NCBI GenBank assembly: GCA_964187785.1
Contig: OZ076409.1
Location: forward strand, 13,704,001-13,768,000
From: Amphiscolops sp. MND2022
Lineage: Eukaryota
Direction: 5' to 3'
Length of the DNA stretch: 64,000 bases
In this document: piece after piece, positions 13,301 through 25,300 of the stretch
Position numbering within the stretch: position 1 is the stretch's first letter
How the letters are laid out: every line of letters begins with the position of its first letter
The notes under the pieces: model-generated
What the model was told of the DNA's origin: nothing
The model's database searches: none
Seen by the model: only the letters and a program-made list of their open reading frames with translations
Made by a program: the position numbers and the translations under genes

Positions 13301-16300
13301 AACACAATCATCTTCAATACACCAGACAATAACACGAAACTATGATCCACCACCTCCCCCATCTATTCACTCCACTCATAGTACCCCACACAACTCACCA
13401 CAACAAGGATCATCTAACACCTTTTTTACTCAACAACCTCCCTTAAACGAAACCCAATTTCAAACAACCACTCCCCCAATACAATCACCTCAAACAATAC
13501 CATATATTCCTGCTCAAATACCCGTACAATACAATAATCCTCCTACATTAACTATTAACACTCTACATACTAACCCTATATCAAACGTTACAACTTCTAG
13601 TACATTATCAAGACCTCCTTTACCATTAATTCAGAATAACCCACTTATGTACAACCTCACTAGTACCAATATACAATCACAACTTAACACAAATAATACA
13701 CAAACAAACTTAAATGTATTACACTCTAATACCCATCATCAAACTCATCTTCCTTCAACTATTACACATCCACCTCCACATATACAATCAGTTCCAATAC
13801 AACCTCAAGTCAATGTCCTAAATATCCCACCTACTTCTTCCAACCCTTCCACTTTACACACTATACCTCCAAATACAATACCTCCATCTACCATTAATAC
13901 ACCTACCTATATTAATTCTGCTACATCAATTTCAGAACCCATTAAACCTTTTGATGGTTTAGACCATAATTATACACCAGAGGAATACTTACAGCATATT
14001 GAGGCCCGCGTTACATTTTCGCTAGGCTTACAACCTCATACTACTCATGAATACAAATTTTGGCATGCTCGCCGAATGGCTTTTATACAATGCTCACTCA
14101 CTGGAACTGCCCTCAGTTGGTATATCCGATTAAATGACACTTACAAACAAGATTGGCACGCTTTTGTACAAGCTTTCAAAAAACAATTTTCATCACAAAA
14201 GAACGCTTATTATGCACAAGTTGAAGCTCTTAGTTTAACAAAGAAGGACAACGAAACTGTTCGTCATTTTGCCCTTAGAGTTCAACAACTTGTTGAAAAA
14301 GGATGGTGCAATGAGAACGCATCAACTATAAATCTCAAATGCAATGAAATTTTTACAAAAGGACTACCCAAAAATCTTAAAGATTTTGCAAACAAACGAC
14401 AAGTTAAACATACTTCTACTGTTTTAGAACCTTCGATACCTTTTCATACACTTGTAAAACTTGTAGATGCTGAAGACATCGCAAATGACAAGATACGTAC
14501 ACATGATCTCACTCTTGAAGTTAATAACCTTACAAAACAACTACAATCTCAATCCTTAAATCAACAACAAACTGACCAAATTATGTTTACACAACCACGA
14601 GACCCAAATAATAAAACAAAACCCGCTTACAAAAAATACTGCTCCTACTGTCATAGAACAAATCACTCTATCTCTGCCTGTTTCAAAAAACAAAGAGATG
14701 ATGAAGACAAACGCGATAGATATGCAAGATCAAAATCCCCTCAAAAATCCTTCGTACAATACTTTCGTTCATCCTCCAATGATAGAACACAAAGATATGA
14801 CACAAGACCAAACGAATATCACACTAGATACCGTAGTCGAAGTACATCTCGTCATGAGTATCAAAAACCTAACAGACAACGATCTATTTCTAGAACTCGC
14901 TATAACTACGATAGAACAACTACTCCTCCACACTATACCAGATCTCGCTATGACAACTACCAACGTGATTCACGTTCCCATCGTTCACCATATAGATCTT
15001 CCTATAGATCACCCCACAAACGTGATTCACACTCCCGTTATAGATCACGATCATACTCAAGAGACAACAACTTTTCACGCTATACTTCTTCTTATAGACC
15101 ACCATCTAGACCTAGGGATTCTCGATATTCTCGGTCCCGCTCACACTCTCAGACACGAAACAAAATAAATACCATACAACAACAAAACTCTAACGATCCA
15201 ATCAATTTCGAAATCCACATGTATCATCCAACCGAAATGGCAAATGCTTTAACACCTACAAGCTGGTTCTACTCTTTATATACACATACACCTTCAAACC
15301 AAATTCATCGTGACTTCCCTTCAAGACTTGAAATTTCCTTCCTCCTTGATAGTGGTGCGTCAATTTCTGTCTTAAACCACCCTACCTATATTACTATTGC
15401 AAAGCTTCTTAATATTAAACAGACTTCTTCTCATAATTCATCTAAAACACTTACCGTTGCAAACCAAACAGAAGTCCCTATTTTACACTATATTACCATT
15501 ACCTTAAATACAACTATTGATGATAATTCACGTCAATTTACAATTCCATTTGCAGTAGCTGATATAAAATACAACATTCTTGGAACACCCTTCTTTGAAG
15601 AAAACATTCAAAATATCAATATACAAGATTTTACATTACATTTCAAAAACCACTCAAGAGTATACCCAAACTATGCTAAATTCACTTCTTTACTATCCAA
15701 AGACTATCCATACTTTTCTTACATTTACAGAATAAACTCCAAAACACAAATCCGTTTAAAACCAAATACTTCCAAAATTGCACATTTTCCTATAAATAAC
15801 TATTATAACCTCCATTTCTCAACAACACCACAAAAACAATTTTTTCCCACAATTCCACACACTTACTTTTCCTCCAAATTTCGTACAACCTTCAATTTTA
15901 TTGAAGTCTTCACAGACGACAAACCAGACACTTGTGCTACAATTATACAAAACTCTACAAATCACATTGCAACACTACCTACAGGACACATTGGTTATAT
16001 TGAAGTTCCAATAACAAATGAAAAACCCAAATATTATCAAGTCAATGACATTAACACACTTATTCATAATGTTACTCATACTTACCATCCTGAAATTACA
16101 GAAATTATTCCACCCACTAATTATTCAACAACTACAGAACAACAACCAATATCTCCAACACAATTTTCATTAAATCAAGTATTAATGACTGACGCTGATT
16201 CATTGCCACATTCACCTTCTCTCTATAACGTACAACCTACTTCTCATTCCTCAAAACCACGAGTGTTTCCTTCATTACCATATTCACCAGAGAATCTAAA

Positions 16301-19300
16301 ATTCATAAATAAATTCAACTTTCAATTCTCTGACCTTACAGACACCGAGTATATCACACTTTGCAACTTATTACTCAAACACAAAACCTGTTATGCTACT
16401 CATAAAAACGATGTTGGTAAAATTGCTACTCCTTTCCGCATTCGTCTTAAACCCAATGCTCAACTACTTACACAACGTCCATCTAAAGTACCAATTCATT
16501 ACCGTGACAAACTTAATACTCTTCTCAAAGATTTAGAAAAACACAACATTATAAAACAAATTGGTTCCTCACCTCAAGACAAACCTGTTTATGGTACAAC
16601 GTATTTAAATCCTCTTATCATTATACCAAAAGGTGACTCCATAAAATGTGTACTTGATGCACGCCACCTCAATTCCAATACAGAACAATCCGACGAATCT
16701 TGGCCTATTGAACCTCTTGCTCCACAACTTGCACGAGCAAATAAAAAGTACAAATCAGCCATAGATCTCATGTATGCATATGCACACACACCTCTTGACG
16801 AAGAAACAATTAAACTCACAAGTTTCTCGTCAGGTGACAAACTCTTCGCCTTCATACGAGGCTTCTATGGTCTTAAAGGCCTTCCAAATTTTTTTACCAA
16901 ACAAATGTCCTCATTCTTCAAAACACTTATTGAACAAGGTTTTGCCCTTGTATACATCGATGATATTTTACTCCTTTCAAACTCTAAAGAACACATGTTT
17001 CAACTCATTGAACAACTACATAATATTAGCACGAAAAACAATCTTAAACTTGCTCCAGAAAAATCCTTTTTCATGCTCCTCAAAGTCAAGTTTTTAGGAC
17101 ATGAAATAGGTTATAACACTATCAAACCAATACACTCCAAAATTTCAGCTATACACAAAATCCCTTCACCAACAGGCAAAGTTGCTCTTATGAGTTTCAT
17201 AGGTGCACTCAATTTTTACACAAAATTTATAGACAAACTCCATATTAATCTTAAACCATTTTATGATTTATTACACGAAAATACCCCTTGGAAATGGACT
17301 GATGACCATGAACGTTTATTTCAAACCTTAAAAAACTCTCTCACTGCAGATACAGAACTTACAATTCCCAATACAAAACATCCTTTCTTTATTACCGTAG
17401 ATGCTTCCCTTATTGGATTAGGTGCTGTCCTTTTCCAATTAAATGACCACAATCAAATGAAAGTAATATCCTACAATTCTCGAATATTAAACCCTCAAGA
17501 ACAAAAACTCTCTACTCTTGAACGCGAACTTCTTGGTATAGTACACGCCCTTCAAATCTATGAATTTATTATAATTGGATCACCACATCCTATCCATGTT
17601 TTTACAGATCACAAACCTCTTTTACATTGTTTCACAAAAAAAGGAAATCTTAGTCCTCGCTTTTATAGAGCACAAATGCAACTTACAAAATTTTCAAAAC
17701 TCAAAATAATACATACTCCAGGAAAAAATCTTTCTGTTGCCGACCTACTTAGTCGATCTTTTACAAAAGAAGAATTGCAAATAAATCAACTCAAACACAA
17801 ACACCTTCCACCCCAGATTGACTTCACAATACTCCAAAACAACAAACTTCAACCTGTACATTACTTAATTAAACACGAAGAAGTTTTACCACATCAAAAA
17901 CATGACTCTCACCCTATTCTTGCTGATTATGGTACAGACCAATTTTCATTACGTATTAATGACAAAGGAAACGACATTATAGTTAAACCTTTAAACTCAT
18001 TTTCTTTCAATGCCATCACTCCTTTTCAAACAAAATTTAAGGCTCCTGCCAAAAAACATAACAAATCCCTTCACCAACAATCTCTTCTTCTCAATGATAC
18101 TGACGTTACTAGTGATGATGACGATCACATATATACTCGTATTCCAAAAACCAATTCCTCTTTCACACATGACACCAAATTAAAAGAACAAGAAACATTC
18201 TCTACCATAACCAAACCAAAACCTACCATCACACCAAAATCTAACTCCGAAACTACTTCTGCTATAGATGTACAGACAAATTCCACTTCTATGACACATT
18301 CTTCTCAATTAGTACCTTTTTATGACCCTTCCTTCTTCAAATATAAACTATATTTTCAAGGTTTCTTTCTTCCAGATGATTACTCCTTAGACCTCAAAAC
18401 ACTTCAAGTACAACAATCTCAAGACCCAGTTCTTCGAACTGTCCATTCTTGGATAATTAATAATGAAAAACCTGAATTTCTCACACCTCTTATTACTGGT
18501 AATCTCTTTTTACACGCTTATTACAAAAGATTCACACAACTTTTCATTGATACCACTACAAACCTTATAAGTCTTCACACAACACACCCACTTCCTCCTG
18601 AAACACACCCTATTTCTATCCCACACATTCTACACGATACTATCAGAATTTGTCTTCCTTTTAGAATGTTTCAAACAGTATTTAACAAGTTACATGACCA
18701 TTCTCACACCGGTATCAAAATCACGTATAACACTTTTTCTCAATATTATTACATCCCGTATCTTGAAAAATGGCTTTCTATTTTCATACATGACTGTCTC
18801 GAATGTCAGAAAAATAAACACTTTAACATGAAAATTCAAACTGCTCCTACACAATCATTTTCAGAACACGCTCCTTTCTTCAATTACAGAATCTCCATGG
18901 ATACAAAAGGACCTATAAACCCTCCTTCACAACACAAATCTTACATTCATGCCATTGTTGACACTTTCAGCCACTTTGTCGTTACAGTACCAATTAAATC
19001 CAATAACGCAAAAACTGCAGTCAAAACTTTATTACACCACTGGATTACAAAATATGGTCCTCCTATTTACCTTGTCACTGATCGAGGTACCGAATATGTT
19101 AATCAAGACATAGCTCACCTTTGTACACTTATGGGTATTAGACACTCCCCCCGAACAGCATACTCTCCTTGGGCCAATGGCCTTGTTGAAGTACAAAATC
19201 GAAATCTTGGCACACATCTTCGTATGTTTCTCCATAACACTCCTGAAAATTGGGCTTTCCAAGTACATATGTATGCCTATGCCCACAATTCACAACCGAT

Positions 19301-22300
19301 TTCAGAACTTAATGTTTCCCCTTACGAAATAGTTTTCCACACAAGACCCCGAATTCCACTTACATTTGATCTTAACCTCAATCGTAACACATCCAAAACT
19401 TGTATCTCACAATATTGTTCACAACTTCCAGAACACTCACACTACGATAAAACTGATTTAAACCCCTTCTTCTACAAAACACTATCCAAACCTATTCCAC
19501 AATGGTTTCTTGCTGTCGAAACTGCAATGCTTCAAATTTACTCAACTGTTTACTACTATACTCTCAAAAAACTCAATTCTCACGCTTATATTACCAAAAC
19601 CTACCATGAAGGTAAACCCCTTCCTATTGGTACTTTTGTTCTCAAACGTCATTTTGCACACGTTCACTTTTCAGACAAACTTAAACCCCTTCGAATTGGT
19701 CCATACAAAATTCTTGACCGATTATCCGATGTTACATATGAACTTCTAGCACAAGATGGTTCTACATTACATGTTCACCGAAATCATATAATCCCTTATT
19801 ATCCAAAAGAACCACTACTATACCCACACCTTCGTAATTTTATGCGTTTCTCTGATTCAATTAAATTGGACATTCCAAAACCCATTCAATATGCTAATAG
19901 CGACTCATCACCTTTTAATTCCGATGAATCCCTTTCTGACGATACATCAGTTTCGGATAATGACCAACTCTTATCACCAAACAACATTTTTCCACAAACT
20001 CCATCAAATACTAATCCATCATCAACAATTAACCTACCTTTTCAATCAATTCCTCAAACCCCTAGTACTAATCACTCCCGTGACAGAACTCGTCACCAAT
20101 CTCAAAATCAATCTCCATCACCTTCTTTTACAAATAATAGAGATACAAAAACTCATTATAACTTGAGACAACAACCAAAAATGGATTATCGTATTTTTAT
20201 ACCACCATCGAAATTGTAAAACATCCATTCACTTTCAAATCACCACTCCAATCAGTCACATAAAATTTGCAAATTTCTGATCAAACTGGCCTACCAATCT
20301 GGATTCTTCATCTGAAACATCTCCCTCTGCTCCTAATATACCTTCTCCATCTGAATCCTCTGTTTCAAACACAACTACAAATAGTAATGTAACACCAATA
20401 ACTCCTTCAAAACGACCAAGATCTCATATTATAACTACCTCTCCAACACCATCTTCTCATACACATTCAACTCATATTAGTAGACCACCTATTGCTGAAA
20501 TACCTTATACTCCTCGCTCTCGATCTCAACCGTCATTTGTCCACATACCACACCCTCATACTGTAGCACATCTTGTAAATTACAAACAACCAACTGCTAT
20601 TAAAACAGCCCGTGTTTCACCTAACCTTCCATCTAAACTAGATATTGTACCACTATCTGATATTGAATACACACCTCTACCTACATTACACTTACCATCT
20701 GAATCTTCAAACCCATCTCAACTTTACCCTCCTTTAAAACCACTTAGACATCCTTCCACTTCTCTTTCTAACTTAATAGACTCTCCTTCAGAATATCTAC
20801 CACAAACTGATACTTCAGGTTCTGATATAGTACCACATCATAGATATAATCTCAGACCTCTTCCCAATAGACGCCTGAGTGCAACCGACTCATCCACTCT
20901 TAATTTTTCAGCACTTTCTAGCAACTCAGCATTACGCCTTCTTAGACAACACGCTCAACCTTTATCTTCTGATACAGCACACTCTTCTGATTTTGTTCCA
21001 CAATCCTATCTCACTTCTGGATTAGACACAGCTTCATTACTTTCGTCTGACGTACAAACTGCATACTTATCTGGCAACCTCTTCTCTGAAGTCTTAGTAC
21101 CTACACCTGTTGCTCCTCACGTACGAATACCTGAATACTACACATATGATCAATCAAGACCGCCTACTCCTAATTTCGCAGACTACCCTTTACGTGTAGA
21201 CGGTGTTACTATATATGACCCACAAAACGATCCCCGTTTCCCTCTTTTAGCAGAACGATTTATTACCACAAATAACTCTCTCTCACATAAAAGAAAAGAA
21301 ACTGAATTAAAACGACTTCAAACTCCAAATCTAGAAATAAAATTTGAAGTCAAAGTTAAGTTTCAAGGTCTTAATCCACATCCCATATTTCACGTTGCAA
21401 AAATTGAACACAAAACCACTCCTGCCCCTTTTGAGGTAATATTCGTCGATTTCAACCGTGATCCTGAATTAAATGACCTAGCTTATGGCAAAATTGTTTT
21501 CTACAACCCCTTCTCTGGTCTCAAATATACAACTTCCTTTTAAAACACATGTTCTACTTATTATAACTCATGTTTTTCTCTTTTCTATCAACCCTTATAT
21601 TACATCTTCCATTCCTATCAAACCAACAGATGATGACAAATATCTTCCATCTGATGACCCAAATATAACAAATCTCATGGTTTCGCATTATGACTGTGCA
21701 AAACAACATAATCTTCGTCAATTTAACCTTCTCAATGTCAAACAATGTACCGAAGCTCCTTCTAACATACAACATGCAAACATTCAAGCTCGAGTTTATG
21801 TTAGAGCAAAAGCTAAACGTATTCGCGCTTTCAAATGTGAAGCATATGCAAAAAAAAGAACGAAAAATCTGCTTCCAAGGTAATGTTAAATACAGACGTG
21901 TTGACAGAACTGTTTGGAATCACAATACAATGCCACTACCTATCACACTTGATCCTCTTGAATGTAAAAATATTATTCGACACCTTAATGGAACTGATAA
22001 TAAAATATTGAACAATCTTAACTATAACAAAACTTTTACATTACTTGAAGACCACTACTTTCAAGAACAATTAGAACGATTTCAAACTCCTTTCACTGTT
22101 TACCAATTCAACAAAATGTATACAGGTACATTTACCTATATGCCCGCTGACAAAACTTGGATATATGATCCACTTCGAAACCCTTACCATAACTGTCCTG
22201 CTCATCACCAATTTGAAGTCAACTTAGTAAGTTGGCGTCTCGCTATATCTGAAATTGAACTAACATACGATGATACACAAAATGTTATGATCATTGATGG

Positions 22301-25300
22301 TCATACTCTTCCATGTTACTTTGCTGATGGTTTTTGCAAACCTACCACAAAAACTCCTTTCACACTTGTATGGTTTAGTGATGACTTTTGTCTTATCTTT
22401 ACTTTACAAGACTTTATTGGACGCATGACCAAAATCGATGATCGATACTGGATAGAAACTGATTCTTTCGTACACTCTGCTACTCCGAAGAAATCACCTT
22501 CCTTTGATGGTATCAAAGGTACTTCTTATCCGCACGTCCGTGCTCCTCATACTGAAACTCCACATAACCCAAGTCTTTCTCGTTTTGAAATTTTTCCTAC
22601 CGCTAACACCTTTTGTGGAAAACCTGAACCTCTATATTCTACTCAATATTCTGACCTTTTTGTTACTTACACAGAAGGATTTAACATGCATACAGGACAA
22701 CCAAACCCCACTTCTATAATTAATGAATACATCTCTGGTAAAATTGTATTAGACAAATCAAATTCTAATAATAAATATATCTTTCCTGCATTGAACGTTT
22801 CTAACAATTTCGCTACCATAGATTACGATGCACATATAAACACTAAAATTGACTACACGATTAACCATGTATTTCGCTCAATGACTGTTCAAGAACTTAA
22901 TACCCTTCATACAGTATGTGAATTAGAACGCAACCAACTTCTTACAATACTTGCAATGTCGGTACAAAATCCTCAACTTGCTGGCTTTCTTCTAACAGGA
23001 AATCGCAGTAATTTCCTTTACGTTGAAGGATCTACTGCTTGGTTATATGACTGCCCACACTTTCTTTCACCGTTATACATTGCTGATCGTTGTTTCGATC
23101 GAATTCCTATTCATTTCAAGGATACTCTTATGTACGTTGACCCAATTACAAGACAAACATATGACTATGCCACTCCTATTACATGTGACAATAACCCGAA
23201 TAACATTATTGAACTCGATCCTGATTCTGATGACCAAGATTTTTATATTCTTGGACCCGAACCTATAAAACGAAAACCTCCACTTATGTTTACTCCCTCT
23301 CAAATTAAAACTACAATACGCCCTAATACTTTTACAGCTCAAGATGCTGGTATATACTCAAATGCAGAACTAAATCAATTTTGGAATCGAATTCTATTTT
23401 CAAAACACTCTGATACTACACTTCAACTCTTAGGAAAAGCTCTTAGCTATTCCTTTATTTCTTCTAATACACCTGATTATGATGCAAATGAACCACATGG
23501 TAACCCATATAATACACTTCGGATTGGACTCCATGATAGATTAATTAACCTAACTCCCCTTTTTACTCCTACATGGTTCTCTGATGCCTTCATCGCTTTA
23601 TTTGGATATCCATGTTACATTTTGACACAATGTGGAATTTATTTTTCCACATATCTATTCATACAAACAATGTTAACTCTCATTGTTAAATTATACAAAA
23701 CTATTTCCATAAAGTACAATCTTAAACAAAATATTACACTTTTGAACTCTATTGCCCATGGTTTTCTTAATATTCTTACGGCAGACATGCTCCATGACCT
23801 AAAAAATGCTCGTTCAAAATCAACTTCTAAAAGTTCACAACAAATGTCAAACATTACTGACAACCCATTAGATGAATCTTCCTATAATCTAAATGATCCA
23901 AATGGTACTACTCCAAATCCAACTGGTATTACTTCACCACCACCTTTTTATACAAAACGTCCAAATCGGATTTCCAAAATGACTCGTTTTAAATTCCTTC
24001 CAAAACGAAAACAATATAATGTTCATTCCAAATCTAATCCTCAATCATCTTTACCACATTATTCTTCAGTTACCACAAATCCAAATGATTACACATCACC
24101 TGTCAATGACGAGATCGACACTCCTGTCCGCATATATTCAAAAACAAATTACTCCTTCACTCCGCCATCTTTTCAAACTAATCATTCTGACTTTTTCACT
24201 CCTCCGACATAGCTGCCACCTACTACTCTTCGATACAATTTCCTCACATAAACAATCTCTCAAAAATTTCATCTACCTTCTTCCAAAATAGAACAAAAAA
24301 TTGAAATAAAATTGCATTTGAACCAACCCGTCAATATTAAAATCGACATTTCGACTCCAAAAAACCTTTGATAAATCTACACGTTAGTGTTTTGTTTGAT
24401 ATAATACTTTCAGAAAACATTTCTTCAAATGACTCAAGCACAACTAGATTTCCATAATATGACTCCTCAAGTCACGCAAGAACAAATCGATCTCCAAAAC
24501 CAACTTGAAATACATACTGCTGATCTTATAACAAAACCTCTTTCAAATGACTCGCCTATTCTCTTTCTTGATACCAAAGAAACCACTGATGATCCCATTC
24601 AAGATCAAATGGAACACCAAAATATTCCAGAACAACAAAATATATCTACAATACCTACAAAAAATAAAACACCTTCAGACCCTGATCAATCTCCTGATAC
24701 TCCTCCGCCAACAAAAAAGAAATATGAAATTATGAAAGACCCTGCTTTTCTTTCATCACCCATTTATCCACCTATAATACCTACAAAACCGCAACTCTCT
24801 ACAACTCGTGATGACTATCTAGTACCAATTCTCTCTAATCATCGTTTCTCATTCAAATCACAACTAACTTCTCTCTACATGCATCCTACGGACTATACGT
24901 TCAAACTTTATGATAAAAATCAAGATTTCTTCACATCTATTGCCTCCAAAATCATGGCTCCCTACCACTATTGGCTTCATAATGGAATCAAAATATTTTC
25001 TCTACAATTCAATTTTCTTCGCCCATCAATATATGATCTCAAAACAGATGAAAATGATCCATCTTTTCTATCTACAGCACAAAAAGCTACCCATCATTTA
25101 ACGTATACTCGCTTTCTTCAGCATTCAAAACCTCAAAACTATATTTTTGCGAACTACAAATATACTTCTCCTTTCACAATGACAAATTTATACACGATAG
25201 ATCACTCGAAGATAACTGGCTATCTTCGCAACTATGACCCAATCAAACAATACTTTTGTCTGCTACCTCATAATGATACGTCTCGTCCTCTTATCGTACC

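Noticed and set aside
14698..20166. Alternative-frame and antisense ORFs within gag-pol
   Set aside because: They are shadow ORFs expected from the codon bias of the main frame and show no motifs.
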